DNA from: an uncultured Spirochaetota bacterium
GTDB taxonomy: Bacteria > Spirochaetota > Spirochaetia > SZUA-6 > Fen-1364
DNA length: 64,000 bases
NCBI GenBank assembly: GCA_963734545.1
Contig: CAVTHO010000004.1
Location: 384,001 to 448,000, forward strand
Reading direction: 5' to 3'
Shown: positions 20,781-31,215 of the stretch, piece by piece
How positions within the stretch are numbered: the stretch's first letter is position 1
Layout: each line of letters begins with the position of its first letter
Translations under genes and position numbers: made by a program
Notes under the pieces: model-generated
The model's input: only the letters and a program-made list of their open reading frames with translations
Told to the model about the DNA's origin: nothing
Databases searched by the model: none

Positions 20781-23687
20781 TTAACGGCCCTCGGGGTACA
20801 GGACGACCTGCAGGTAGGCATCCGGCCTGAGCAGCTCCCCTGCCTTTGCCCGGAGGCTCTGCGCGGTGACGGCCGCGAGCCTCTTGTCGAAATCAAGCAT
20901 GGCGCGGGGGTCGAGCCCGTTGAGGGAGAGCATCTGCAGGGTGCCCAGCCAGTACCCGTTTTCCCGCAGGTTCTGCTCGTGCTCGCGGCTGAGCATTTCC
21001 TTCACATTGGCCACGTCCACCTGGTTCGGGCCCTGCTCCCTCATGCGCGAGACCTCGCGGAGGGCAAGGCCGGTCATGGCCTCGACGTTCTGCGGCGCGC
21101 AGCCGAACCCGATGCTGACCGTGTACTCCTCGGTCGGGAACCGGTTGAGCTGCGCGCTCACCCCTGCATCGTAGGAACCGCCGGCCTCCTCCCGGACGAC
21201 CTCCCGGATCCGGATGTCCATGACGCGCCCCAGCGCCGCCACCTGCAGGCTGTTCGCGAGCGACCATGGCGTGCTCCCGCTGTACAGCAGCTCGACCCTG
21301 CTCTGCGGCTCCAGTCCCTTCCTGACCTCTTTGCGCACGATGCCTTTCGGGGGCCTGATGCCGACGTCTCTCCACGACTCCACGCGTCCCTGGGACGGCA
21401 GGGAGCCGAGGTAGCGGCGGACGAGCGGCTCGATGCCCGCAAGGGAAAAGCTGCCGACGAAGAAGAAGTGAAAGTCACCGGCGTCCTTGAACCTGTCGCG
21501 ATATACCCTGAGGGAGGCGTCCAGGTCCATTTCCTTCAAACGCTCGGGACCCCATGCCCTGCCCCGGGGGTGCTGCTGGCTGAGAAGGTCAGCGATCGTG
21601 TCGAAGAAGACAGACCGCGGCGAGGAGGCGCGGTTCTCCAGGCTGGTCTTCAGCCTCTGGAGGTAGACCTGGTAGGCCTCGGAATCCTTCCGCGGCTCGG
21701 TCATGTAGAGGACGATGAGCTGGAAGAGGGTTTCCAGGTCCTCGGGCCGGGCGCTCCCTCCAAGGCCCTCCTGAAGGTCACTGATCCAGGGCGCCACGTC
21801 CACTGTCTTTCCGGCGAGCAGCTTGCGAAGCGTGGTGGAATCCAGGCCGTCCACACCGCTGTCAGCCACGATTCGGGGCGCGGCGACCGCGGCCGTGTAG
21901 TCCGCGTCTGAAACGAGAGAGGTGCCGCCGGGGCTCGTGGCGCCGAAGAGGACCTCATCCGTCTTGAAGTCGGTGGGCTTCAGCGTCACTGCTACTCCGT
22001 TGTCCAGCTTCCACTCAGTGATGCCCATCCCGGGGACCTCCGTGCGCGACACCACGGCCGCATCCCGGAGCGGTCCGGTGAAAAGCAGCCTGCCGGCCAC
22101 CCGGTCCTCATAGGGGGCGATATCCGCCCGGGCGACCCGGTCGAATACCTGTCCGACCTGTGCGGCGCCGGGCACTGCCGGCGCCTGCTTTGCGGGGGCA
22201 TTCACGAGCACGACCCTGTTGTCCGCTGTCACGAGCTCTCCTGCCAGCCTGTTCACCTCGTCCAGTCCGATCTCTGAGACGAACCTGTTGTACACGGCAT
22301 AATCGGTCTCCACCGAGGTCAACGGCTCCTGCTCCAGGAAGTTGTCCACGAGAAAGCCCGCGACATTGTCCGACGGGATATTCTGCCTGTCCGCGTAGTA
22401 CTGCGCGATCGACGAGAGCAGATCTCTCTTCTCCCTCTCCAGCTCGGACGCGGTGAAACCGTGGCGACGGACCCTCTCGGCTTCAGTGAGGAGCGTCTCC
22501 AGGGCGTCCCCGATCCTGTCTTCACGTACACGCGCGGAAAGCACGTACGCGTCCTTCGATCGAACGAGCCTTGCGGATCCCGCCCCCCCGGAGGCGAGGG
22601 AGGACCCCGGCCGCCTGGCGATCTCATCGATGCGCTTGTTCAGCATGCCGTCGTACAGGTTCTCCAGGATCCGCCGCCGGTAGTCCGCGAAAGTGCGCAC
22701 GACTTTTACCGGGTGCTTCACGTAGAGGGCCACACGGGTCGTCGTGGCCTCCGGGTCAGTGGCAGGCGCGTAGAGCGTGCCGGGAGTGTCGGGGACCGGG
22801 GACAGGAGACGGGGCCGGGGTTTCACGGCAGCGGGGATCCTTCCAAAATGGCTCCGAATGAGGTCAACCATGCGGGCCGTGTCAAAATCACCCGCGGCGA
22901 CCACTGCCATCAGATCGGGTCTGTACCAGTCGCGGTAGAACCGCTTCAAGTCAGCCGCTTCGGCCTTCTGCACGATCTCCATCTTCCCGATGGGCTCCCT
23001 CACGGCGTAGCGGGAATCCTTGAAAAGAACAGGGTACTGGATGTCCCGCATGCGGGCGTCCGCGCCCCGTCGGAGCCGCCACTCCTCCACGATGATCGGC
23101 CTCTCTTTCACCGTTTCCACGGCGTCGAATGTGATCCTGTGAGCCCACTCCTCCAGGATCTGCACGGCGGTCTCCTCGATCTTTGGATCGTCCGTGGGAA
23201 TCTGCAGCTTGTATACTGTTTCGTCGAAGGTCGTGTAGGCGTTCACCTCCGGCCCGAAGCTCATTCCGATCGACTCGAGGTACTCCACGATCTTCTGCTT
23301 CTCGAAGCTCTCGGTCCCATTGAATGCCATGTGCTCCACGAAGTGGGCCAGGCCCCGCTGGTCGTCGTCCTCCTGGAGGGAGCCAGCGTTCACCACGAGA
23401 CGCAGCTCCGCCCGGTTCTCCGGTTTCAGGTTCCTGCGCACGTAGTAGGTGAGGCCGTTCTCCAGCGTGCCGGTGACGATCTCCGGGTCGACGGGCAGGA
23501 CGGCGCTTTCGGGCGCGCTGCGGACGTCGACAGGAACCTGCGGGGTCACGCACCCCGCGGCAGCGAGAAGAAGCGCGGTGAGCAGTGCGGCCGCGCATAA
23601 CCGTGGCCAGTGGAATCCCGATAAGAGCCGTCGCACGCTTGTAGATTGCATCCAGCACAAGATACGCGCCGCGGCTGAAAACGACAA
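20781..23687 (-). CDS. M16 zinc peptidase (PqqL-like), probable lipoprotein
   Basis: GLAHFVEHMAFNGT (HxxEH), NAYTTFDETVY, lipobox-like LLAAAGC; start uncertain. Confidence 0.92.
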   Translation of the reverse strand: MSFSAAARILCWMQSTSVRRLLSGFHWPRLCAAALLTALLLAAAGCVTPQVPVDVRSAPESAVLPVDPEIVTGTLENGLTYYVRRNLKPENRAELRLVVNAGSLQEDDDQRGLAHFVEHMAFNGTESFEKQKIVEYLESIGMSFGPEVNAYTTFDETVYKLQIPTDDPKIEETAVQILEEWAHRITFDAVETVKERPIIVEEWRLRRGADARMRDIQYPVLFKDSRYAVREPIGKMEIVQKAEAADLKRFYRDWYRPDLMAVVAAGDFDTARMVDLIRSHFGRIPAAVKPRPRLLSPVPDTPGTLYAPATDPEATTTRVALYVKHPVKVVRTFADYRRRILENLYDGMLNKRIDEIARRPGSSLASGGAGSARLVRSKDAYVLSARVREDRIGDALETLLTEAERVRRHGFTASELEREKRDLLSSIAQYYADRQNIPSDNVAGFLVDNFLEQEPLTSVETDYAVYNRFVSEIGLDEVNRLAGELVTADNRVVLVNAPAKQAPAVPGAAQVGQVFDRVARADIAPYEDRVAGRLLFTGPLRDAAVVSRTEVPGMGITEWKLDNGVAVTLKPTDFKTDEVLFGATSPGGTSLVSDADYTAAVAAPRIVADSGVDGLDSTTLRKLLAGKTVDVAPWISDLQEGLGGSARPEDLETLFQLIVLYMTEPRKDSEAYQVYLQRLKTSLENRASSPRSVFFDTIADLLSQQHPRGRAWGPERLKEMDLDASLRVYRDRFKDAGDFHFFFVGSFSLAGIEPLVRRYLGSLPSQGRVESWRDVGIRPPKGIVRKEVRKGLEPQSRVELLYSGSTPWSLANSLQVAALGRVMDIRIREVVREEAGGSYDAGVSAQLNRFPTEEYTVSIGFGCAPQNVEAMTGLALREVSRMREQGPNQVDVANVKEMLSREHEQNLRENGYWLGTLQMLSLNGLDPRAMLDFDKRLAAVTAQSLRAKAGELLRPDAYLQVVLYPEGR

Positions 23688-23784
23688 ATCATGGGGCCGG
23701 AAGCGACAAAGCGTTGTTTGTCGATTCCCGGCATTCGAAAGCGACGTATATTCGACACATAGTCACTCACAGAGGAGGTACATC

Positions 23785-24429
23785 ATGCAGTCAAATTCCG
23801 GTCTGACCAGAACGCTGCTGGCCGGCGGCGTCATTACCGGACCGTTGTTCTTCGTTTCGGCAATCATCCAAGGCCTCGCAAGGCCGGGGTTCGATATCCG
23901 CCGCAATGCCATCAGCCAGTTGAGCCTCGGAGACCTCGGGTGGATCCAGATCACGAGCTTCCTGGTCACCGGTCTGCTCGCCATTGCGTGCGCTTTCGGA
24001 GTGAGACGCGCCCTGAAGGGAGGAAAGGGAGGGACCTGGGGCGCCATCTTGGCCGGGGTGCTCGGCGTGGGCCTGATCCTGGCAGGCATATTCCCGCCGG
24101 ATCCTGCCAATGGCTTCCCGCCTGGCGCCCCGGATGGTCAGCCGTCCACAATGAGCGCAAGCGCGTCCCTGCACGCGGTGGGCTTCATGCTCTCAATGCT
24201 TTCGGTGATCATCAATTGTTTCGTCTTTGCCCGCAGGTTCGGCGCCCTCAAGCAGACCGGGTGGGTCATCTATTGCATCGCATCAGTCGTGGCCATCCCT
24301 CTGCTCATCGTCTTGAGCACTGTTTTCATGAGCTGGGGCGGCGTGATCGTGGCCCTTGCAGGCGCGGTTGTATTTGGATGGCTGTGCGCGATTTCGGCGC
24401 GGATCCTCTCTGAGGTCAGCGGTCCCTGA
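23785..24429 (+). CDS. DUF998 membrane protein (second paralog)
   Basis: RPGFDIRRNAISQLSLGDLGWIQ and AGIFPPDPANGFPPG; AGGAGG RBS upstream. Confidence 0.85.
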   Translation: MQSNSGLTRTLLAGGVITGPLFFVSAIIQGLARPGFDIRRNAISQLSLGDLGWIQITSFLVTGLLAIACAFGVRRALKGGKGGTWGAILAGVLGVGLILAGIFPPDPANGFPPGAPDGQPSTMSASASLHAVGFMLSMLSVIINCFVFARRFGALKQTGWVIYCIASVVAIPLLIVLSTVFMSWGGVIVALAGAVVFGWLCAISARILSEVSGP

Positions 24430-25072
24430 TGGCTCCCACGTCGAGCCCTGCCTCTGCCAGGTGGGAAAGCCTGTTCAGGTACACGAGGGAAGCCGGAGGG
24501 GCGCCGTTACGACTTCCCTCCTCGACGCGCAGCTCCGAGAGAGAGCCCGTGTAGAGGTGAAAAGGATATCTCGCGGCAGGCGGGATATGCATGAGCGAGC
24601 AGATCAGCACCTGGAAGACCAGGAGATGGGCCACGATGGCCACGGTATTCACCCGGGAGGACAGGAGCTCGGTCACAAATCGGGATACGCGTCCCCCGAC
24701 GTCCGCGGAGGGCTCTCCGTCCGGCGGTGTGGCCCGGGGGTTGCCCAGCCATTGCTCCAGCTCACCCGGCAGTGTGCGGCGCACCTCCTCCAGTGTCATG
24801 CCTTCCCAGAGCCCGAGGTCCACTTCCCGCAGCCGGGAATCCAGCACCACGGGAACAGGCGCCGCCTGGCAGCCCGCGATGATATCCGCTGTTTCCCGCG
24901 CCCGTTTCATGTCGCTCGCCACGAGCATGCCCAGCGCTTCCCCTCGCAGCGCCTGGCCGGCTGCCTGCGCCTGGGCCCTTCCGATTCTGCTCAAACCGAG
25001 GTCGGTCCGTCCCTGGAGACGCGCGGAGAGATTTCCCCCGGTCTCGCCGTGCCGCACGAGAATCAGGCGCAC
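24416..25072 (-). CDS. Histidine phosphatase (phosphoglycerate mutase family)
   Basis: LILVRHGET, SDMKRARETA, LREVDLGLWEG, VAH. Confidence 0.88.
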   Translation of the reverse strand: MRLILVRHGETGGNLSARLQGRTDLGLSRIGRAQAQAAGQALRGEALGMLVASDMKRARETADIIAGCQAAPVPVVLDSRLREVDLGLWEGMTLEEVRRTLPGELEQWLGNPRATPPDGEPSADVGGRVSRFVTELLSSRVNTVAIVAHLLVFQVLICSLMHIPPAARYPFHLYTGSLSELRVEEGSRNGAPPASLVYLNRLSHLAEAGLDVGAIRDR

Positions 25073-25095
25073 GATGACGCCGGGAAAAAAAAGAC

Positions 25096-25168
25096 TTGCA
25101 ATTCCTTCAGTCTCATAATACAGTCCTATCACAAATGTGCACAAATGTGAATACACCATTGTGCACAA
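25096..25168 (+). promoter_or_regulatory. Sigma70-like promoter and SorC-type operator repeats
   Basis: TTGCAA-N17-TACAGT (25096-25124); tandem CACAAATGTG x2 (25130-25149); palindrome TTGTGCACAA (25159-25168). Confidence 0.6.
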
Positions 25169-25178
25169 GGGCTGCCGG

Positions 25179-26219
25179 ATGAAGGACAAGAAAACAGCGC
25201 TCCTCATGGAGATTGCCCGCGCCTACTACCTGGAGAACAGAAACCAGTCGGAGATTGCCAAGAGCACGGGTGTCACCCGCAGCCAGATCTCCCGGTACCT
25301 GAAAGAAGTCAGGGAAAAGGGGATCGTCCAGATCCGTATCGCTGAGCCGGACCGGCAGTTCGGCACCCTCCGCGCCTCCCTCCTGCGGGCGTTCCCCCAC
25401 CTGAAGGAGGTCGTGATCGCACCCGCCTTCAGCGAAGACCTGGAGAACACCCGGGAGATCGTGGGCCGGTACGCGGCCAACTTCCTGCGGGAAGCGGTCC
25501 GTCCGGGCCAGACGCTCGTCTTCGGGTGCGGCCGCACGCTTCGCTGCGTGGCCGGCGCGTTGCTCCCCCGCAGGGTGGCGGGGCTCTCCGTGGTGCAGGC
25601 CATGGGGAACCTCGGCCACGACGCGCACGGCATCGACTACAACGAGATCACGAGGGCCGCGGCCCACCCCTTCGAGGCCCGGCCGTACTTCATCAGCTCC
25701 CCCGCAATCCTCGGCGAGGGGTCCGGGAGCGCCCGTGACCTCATTGCGGCAAACCCGACCATCCGGGACGCGCTTGCCATGGCCCGGGCCGGTGATGTCT
25801 TCGTGGTCGGGCTGGGCTCCCTGCAGAGCGACCAGCTCTATGTCCGTGTCGGCATGATCGAGCAGGGGGAGATAGATGAGCTCAAGGGACGCGCGGTGGG
25901 CGACATCTGCGGCCGGTTCTACGACGAGAAGGGAAAGGAACGGGTCTCCTCCTTTGCCTCGCGCATCGTCGGCATCGAGCTGGAAGACCTCCGCCGCGGC
26001 CGGCTCTCCCTGGGGGTGGCGTGCGGAAATGACAAGGTGGCTCCCATACTCGGCGCGCTCAACGGCAGGTTCATCAATGTGCTTGCCTCTGATGAAAACA
26101 CCATCGCCCGTGTCCTCCAGGAGCTATCCGGCAGCGGGGGACAGGGGGAAGGGAGGGGTGCGGCAAAAAAGCGTGTGGGTGTGACCAAAAAACCAATCCT
26201 GAAAAGGGGGAAAGCATGA
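25179..26219 (+). CDS. SorC/DeoR sugar-binding transcriptional regulator
   Basis: ARAYYLENRNQSEIAKSTGVTRSQISRYL HTH; GDICGRFYD; NVLASDE. Confidence 0.92.
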   Translation: MKDKKTALLMEIARAYYLENRNQSEIAKSTGVTRSQISRYLKEVREKGIVQIRIAEPDRQFGTLRASLLRAFPHLKEVVIAPAFSEDLENTREIVGRYAANFLREAVRPGQTLVFGCGRTLRCVAGALLPRRVAGLSVVQAMGNLGHDAHGIDYNEITRAAAHPFEARPYFISSPAILGEGSGSARDLIAANPTIRDALAMARAGDVFVVGLGSLQSDQLYVRVGMIEQGEIDELKGRAVGDICGRFYDEKGKERVSSFASRIVGIELEDLRRGRLSLGVACGNDKVAPILGALNGRFINVLASDENTIARVLQELSGSGGQGEGRGAAKKRVGVTKKPILKRGKA

Positions 26220-27244
26220 AGAGAGTCGTGATACCGGGGATCATCCTGCTTCTGTGCGCGGCGCTCGCCGTGGCCCAGGCAGGCAAAGGAAGTTATCCCC
26301 AGCCCAAGCTCATCAACACGGGGCTTGGTGTTGCATCTGACCTCACGCCGACGGACAAGGAGATTGCCGCGGCCCGCCAGAGGCTGCAGAAGGAGGACTC
26401 CTTCGTCGGCGTCATCGCCATGACCTATTCCACCGAGTACCATGCCGCGGTGGCAGAGGGGGCCGAGAACGCGCTCAAGAAGCTGGGGCTCCGCGTGAAG
26501 ACCTTCGATTCGGAGCTGAAAGTGGACAAGCAGATCAGCGCGATAGAGAGCTTCACGGCAAGCGGCGCATCGGCCATCATCATCGGGCTCTTCGATCCGC
26601 CCAGCGTGCGCTCCGCGCTGGCGGACGCGGCAAAGAAGGGCGTGATGATCGTCCAGTACGCGGGCCGTGACGTGGTGGACCTCGGCGGCGTCTCCATCAG
26701 CATCGAGGATGCGGACCTGGGCTATGCCGCCGGCGAATACGCGGGCAAGCTCATCGCAAAGGAGAAGGCAGGCAAGGCACAGGTTGCCATCCTGGACTAC
26801 CCGGACCTTCCCAATGTCGTCGTACGCGCGGAGAACATCGCCAAGGCCCTGAAGAAGGAAGCTCCGGGCGCGCAGATCGTGGGCAACTACCTCGGAGGCA
26901 CGCCGGAGAACGGGCTGAACTCGATGGAGTCCGCGCTCCAGGCGCATCCCGACATCAACGTTGTTGCCAGCATCAACGACGCGGGCGCCTTCGGCGCCAT
27001 GAAAGCGCTGCAGAACGCCGGGCGCACGGCAGGCAACATGATCGTCGTGGGCATCGACGCGGAGAAGCAGGCGCTGGAGTACATCAGGAACGGCACGATG
27101 TATCGCGGCACAATCGACACTGCCCCTGCAACCACGGGGGCGATGGCCGCGAACGCGGTGGTGAAGCTCCTTGCGGGCGGCACGCTTCCGCAGCGGGTCC
27201 GGGTGCCCGTGAACCTCATCACCCGGGAAAACGTCGGCAAGTAA
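26216..27244 (+). CDS. Monosaccharide ABC transporter substrate-binding protein
   Basis: Signal peptide; RbsB-like fold (SINDAGAFGA, VVGID). Confidence 0.9.
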   Translation: MKRVVIPGIILLLCAALAVAQAGKGSYPQPKLINTGLGVASDLTPTDKEIAAARQRLQKEDSFVGVIAMTYSTEYHAAVAEGAENALKKLGLRVKTFDSELKVDKQISAIESFTASGASAIIIGLFDPPSVRSALADAAKKGVMIVQYAGRDVVDLGGVSISIEDADLGYAAGEYAGKLIAKEKAGKAQVAILDYPDLPNVVVRAENIAKALKKEAPGAQIVGNYLGGTPENGLNSMESALQAHPDINVVASINDAGAFGAMKALQNAGRTAGNMIVVGIDAEKQALEYIRNGTMYRGTIDTAPATTGAMAANAVVKLLAGGTLPQRVRVPVNLITRENVGK

Positions 27245-27251
27245 GAACGCA

Positions 27252-27324
27252 GAACCTCTGAAGATGTACATTTCCAGAGGTTCGAGATTCATACTACTGG
27301 TCGGGGGAGGCGCTCCGCCTCCCC
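27252..27324. terminator. Two stem-loops between the SBP and permease genes
   Basis: GAACCTCTG...CAGAGGTTC (27252-27283) and GGGGAGGCG-CTC-CGCCTCCCC; typical of mRNA-stabilising/attenuating elements after SBP genes. Confidence 0.55.
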
Positions 27325-27340
27325 CGCTCTCAGGGAGGAC

Positions 27341-28330
27341 ATGATGCGGAACGCCCCGGCAGCCCAGGGAGGAATTCTCAGCTCGCGCAGATGGATCAGC
27401 TTCCTGGGCGAGCAGGGATTCGTGGTCATTTTCATCCTGTGGCTCTTGTTTCTCACCTTCACCACGAGCTCGTTTGCCACCATGGACAATGTCAGCACCG
27501 TCCTCCGGCAGGCAGCCATCATCGCCATAGTGGCAATCGGGGAGCACTTCATCGTGCTCCTGGGAACCATGGACGTGTCACTGCCGTCCATCCTCACGGT
27601 CGGCGGCGTGTTCACCGGCGCCCTTATGGTCAACGCGCATATGCCGGCCCTGCCTGCCGCTCTGTGCGTCCTGGCCCTGGGCGCGCTCCTGGGCCTTGCG
27701 AATGGCGTGATCGTCACGCGGCTGAAGATCAACCCGATCATCACCACGCTGGGAATGATGTACATCCTTTCCGGAGTCGCCTTTGTGTACACCAGGGGCA
27801 GGACAGTCTACGGAGAGGCCCTGGCGCCCATCGACTTCCTGGCCCGCGGGAAACTGCTCGGCATATCGGCCCCCATCCTGATCATGTTCGTCCTCTATGT
27901 CATCTTCCATCTCGTGCTGCGCTACACCCGGTTCGGCGCGCGGGTCTTTGCAGCAGGCAACAACGAGAAAGCCTCCTGGCTCGCCGGGATCAAGACCTCC
28001 CGGGTCAAGCAGAACGTCTTCATGCTGGCAGGAATCCTTGCCGCCTTTGCCGGTTTCATGCAGGTGGCCCGGCAGGGATCCGCTTCGGCGAGCATGGGGG
28101 ATGATTTTCTCTTTCCCGTGCTCACCGCCGTGGTCCTGGGCGGCACGAGCCTCTCCGGCGGAAAGGGCAAGATCTTCAACACGCTCATCGCCTCGATCTT
28201 CCTGATGACGATCAAGAACGGGATGATCCTCCTTGACCTCAGTATCTACATCCAGAAGATCATCCAGGGGGCAATCCTGATCCTCGCCCTCTCGCTGGAT
28301 CGACTCCGCACAGCCAAGGGCGCTTCATGA
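27341..28330 (+). CDS. Sugar ABC transporter permease (RbsC-like)
   Basis: INPIITTLG, RYTRFGARVFAAGNNEKASWLAGI, AVVLGGTSLSGGKG. Confidence 0.92.
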   Translation: MMRNAPAAQGGILSSRRWISFLGEQGFVVIFILWLLFLTFTTSSFATMDNVSTVLRQAAIIAIVAIGEHFIVLLGTMDVSLPSILTVGGVFTGALMVNAHMPALPAALCVLALGALLGLANGVIVTRLKINPIITTLGMMYILSGVAFVYTRGRTVYGEALAPIDFLARGKLLGISAPILIMFVLYVIFHLVLRYTRFGARVFAAGNNEKASWLAGIKTSRVKQNVFMLAGILAAFAGFMQVARQGSASASMGDDFLFPVLTAVVLGGTSLSGGKGKIFNTLIASIFLMTIKNGMILLDLSIYIQKIIQGAILILALSLDRLRTAKGAS

Positions 28331-29892
28331 GCGCTGCGACAGGGTCGGCCCCGGCCGCCACGCCGGGGTCACCCTCGACCCTCGAGCCGCACGTCCGCTT
28401 CCAGGCGGTCAGCAAGTCCTACCCCGGCGTCCAGGCCCTGAAGGATGTCACCTTCGACATTGCCCGGGGCGAGCTTCACGCGATTGTAGGGGAAAACGGC
28501 GCAGGGAAGTCCACGCTGATCAAGCTGCTCTCCGGGGCGGTGATGCCGGACTCGGGGACCATCCTGGTCAAGGGCGCGCCCTTCTCTCCGCGCGACCCCA
28601 AGGACTCCCTGCGCGCGGGGATTTCGACGATCTACCAGGTCTTCAATCTCCTGCCTGACCAGTCCGTGGCGCGCAACATCTTCCTGGGCAAAGAACCCGC
28701 GGCCGGAGGGGTCTGGCTTGCCGAGCGGCAGATGACGGAGAAGACCGCGGCCATCCTGGCCACGCTGGATGCATCCCACGTGTCGCCTCGGGTAACAGTA
28801 CGCAGCCTGCGCGTGGGGGAGCAGCAGATCGTTGAAATCGCCAAGGCACTCCTCAACAACGCCGAGCTCCTCGTCATGGACGAGCCGACCTCCACGCTCA
28901 ACCGGGCCGAGGTCGATGCGTTGTTTCGAAACATTCGCATGCTGCGCCAGAAGGGTGTCACCATCCTCTACATCTCCCATCACCTGGACGAGGTGTTCGA
29001 GCTGGCGGACAGCGTCACGGTGATGCGGGACGGCGGTCATATCAGGACAGGCCCTGTTTCCGGCTATACCCGCGAGTCCATGATCTTTGACATGATCGGA
29101 AGAGAGGTTCCCGCCGACCTGTCCGCCGCGGCGCCAGCAGAGGAGAAAGTGCTCCTCGAGGTGCGCGGGCTCTACTCGGGAGCGCTCCTGAAGGATGTCA
29201 GCTTCTCCGTCCGGGCAGGGGAAATCCTCGCCGTGGCCGGGCTCTCCGGAAGCGGCAAGACCGAGCTGGCCAAGGCGCTCTTTGGAGAGATCCCCGTGAA
29301 CGCCGGCAGCATCCTGCTGAAGGGCAGGCCGTTTCATCCCTCGCCGTCAGGAGCAATCGAGAGGGGCATGATCTACCTGCCGGAGGACAGGAAGAACGAC
29401 GGCCTCCTCGCGGCACAGAGCATCAAGAGGAACATCGTGCTGTCCATCCTGCCGCGGATATCGCGCAAGCTGGGCATCCTCAACCTGCGCCAGGAGAAGC
29501 GCGTGGCGGAGGACCAGGTGCAGGCGTTGAGCATCAAGACCACGGGGACCGGTATGCCCGTGGACAGCCTGAGCGGAGGCAACCAGCAGAAAGTGGCGCT
29601 GGCGCGCTGTCTTGCGGCGGACCCGGAGGTGCTGATCCTTGCCGAGCCCACGCAGGGCATCGACATCGGCGTGAAGTTCGAGTTGTACAAGTTCATCATC
29701 GACCAGTCCAGGAACGGCAGGGCCGTCCTGCTGGTCTCATCCGAGATCGCGGAGATCGTGCGGCTCAGCCACAGGGTCATGGTCATGCGGGAAGGCAGGA
29801 TCGCCGCAATCCTGGACCGGGCGCAGATGAGCCAGGAGAGGATCCTGGCCATTGCCCTGGGCGTGGAAACACAAACCCCGACACAATCCTGA
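28327..29892 (+). CDS. Sugar ABC transporter ATP-binding protein (RbsA-like)
   Basis: GENGAGKST, MDEPT, LSGGNQQK. Confidence 0.95.
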   Translation: MSAATGSAPAATPGSPSTLEPHVRFQAVSKSYPGVQALKDVTFDIARGELHAIVGENGAGKSTLIKLLSGAVMPDSGTILVKGAPFSPRDPKDSLRAGISTIYQVFNLLPDQSVARNIFLGKEPAAGGVWLAERQMTEKTAAILATLDASHVSPRVTVRSLRVGEQQIVEIAKALLNNAELLVMDEPTSTLNRAEVDALFRNIRMLRQKGVTILYISHHLDEVFELADSVTVMRDGGHIRTGPVSGYTRESMIFDMIGREVPADLSAAAPAEEKVLLEVRGLYSGALLKDVSFSVRAGEILAVAGLSGSGKTELAKALFGEIPVNAGSILLKGRPFHPSPSGAIERGMIYLPEDRKNDGLLAAQSIKRNIVLSILPRISRKLGILNLRQEKRVAEDQVQALSIKTTGTGMPVDSLSGGNQQKVALARCLAADPEVLILAEPTQGIDIGVKFELYKFIIDQSRNGRAVLLVSSEIAEIVRLSHRVMVMREGRIAAILDRAQMSQERILAIALGVETQTPTQS

Positions 29893-29906
29893 AGGAGGAT
29901 TTCGAC

Positions 29907-31151
29907 ATGGACACCACACACAAGCAGAAAGCGGGCACCCGTGCCCAGCGCTGGATCCTGGAGGGGGATGTCTCACGCCTGATCGAGGGCACCGGCGAGC
30001 ATCCCATCATGTACCGAAGCCTGGGCTCCGAGCCGCGCACGGCTCACCCGTTCCATCTCCATGACGATATCAAGAGCCAGGCTTCCGCGCTGAAGGAGAC
30101 CTTCGAGCTGAACCTCAAGAAGATCCCCGCGCTCGCGGCCCGGCTCGTGGAAAAGGGCCTGCGCGGAATGGTGGGCCACGGTCTGGGCACCTCGCAGTTC
30201 GTGGCGCAGACCGCCTCTGCCGCGTTCTGGGAATACGCGGGATGGGAGGCAAAGGACTATGACTCCCTGGAATACATCACCTGCCCCCACCCCATCGACT
30301 TCACGCGGACGGCGTTCTTCAGCTACTCCGGAAGCGGCAGCACCGTGGACAGCAACAGGGCCGCTGCCCGGGCAAAGGAGCTGGGCGCGTACCAGGTTGC
30401 ATTCACGAGTGTGGCGGACAGCCCCATCACAAAGAAAAGCGACGAGACCATCCTCTGCGCCGGGGGGTTCGACACGGGCGGCTCCGACACCTTCCACTAC
30501 GCCACCCGGCTGGCAGCCTCGATCTGGCTTGCCCTGGAGATCGGCGCTCTCACCAGGCCCGACGCCAGGGACTGGAAGGGCCTGAAGGGCCGGCTCCTCA
30601 GCCTGGGCGATAAGATGGAAGACTCCTTCGAGATGGTCAGCGCTAGAGCGCGGATACTCTCTGCCCGGTACAAGGACGTGCGCAGCGTGCTGATAGTGGG
30701 AGGCGGGGCCAATGAGGGCACTGCAGAGGAGATTGCCCTCAAGTACGATGAGATGAGCCATATCCCGGCAAAGGGCATGTGCCCCGGACGGCACATCCAC
30801 GGCGCGCTCGGCCTGACCGCGCACGACATCCTTACGATCGTCGTTGCGCCCTTGGACGATCCCGGCTACAAGGAGCTGCGCGACATCGCCCAGGTCACCA
30901 TGATGCTGAAGTCACCGTCCATTGCGATCATCAGCGAGGAAGACCAGAAGGTGGCGGAGCAGGTCGACGACGTATTCCGGTTTCCCGAGCGCGATCCCAT
31001 CCTCTTCTCCGTGCTCGCCATTCTCCCCGGGCAGCTCCTGCCCTACTTTGCCGGCGTGGCGCAGGGCAGCATCAACCCGGACTGCCAGCGCGCAAACATC
31101 GCCCGGCACGCCAAGGTCTGGAACTGGCTCTTCCCCAAGGACACGCACTGA
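29907..31151 (+). CDS. Double-SIS sugar-phosphate isomerase/deglycase (GlmS-isomerase/FrlB-like)
   Basis: GLGTS, SYSGST, AEEIALKYDEM...HG, ILPGQLL; no glutaminase domain. Confidence 0.8.
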   Translation: MDTTHKQKAGTRAQRWILEGDVSRLIEGTGEHPIMYRSLGSEPRTAHPFHLHDDIKSQASALKETFELNLKKIPALAARLVEKGLRGMVGHGLGTSQFVAQTASAAFWEYAGWEAKDYDSLEYITCPHPIDFTRTAFFSYSGSGSTVDSNRAAARAKELGAYQVAFTSVADSPITKKSDETILCAGGFDTGGSDTFHYATRLAASIWLALEIGALTRPDARDWKGLKGRLLSLGDKMEDSFEMVSARARILSARYKDVRSVLIVGGGANEGTAEEIALKYDEMSHIPAKGMCPGRHIHGALGLTAHDILTIVVAPLDDPGYKELRDIAQVTMMLKSPSIAIISEEDQKVAEQVDDVFRFPERDPILFSVLAILPGQLLPYFAGVAQGSINPDCQRANIARHAKVWNWLFPKDTH

Positions 31152-31215
31152 GGCGCGGGTGGGCGCGCGGGTGGCGCAGTCAGCAGCGGCGCGGCCAGCA
31201 GCGGCGGAGGCACGC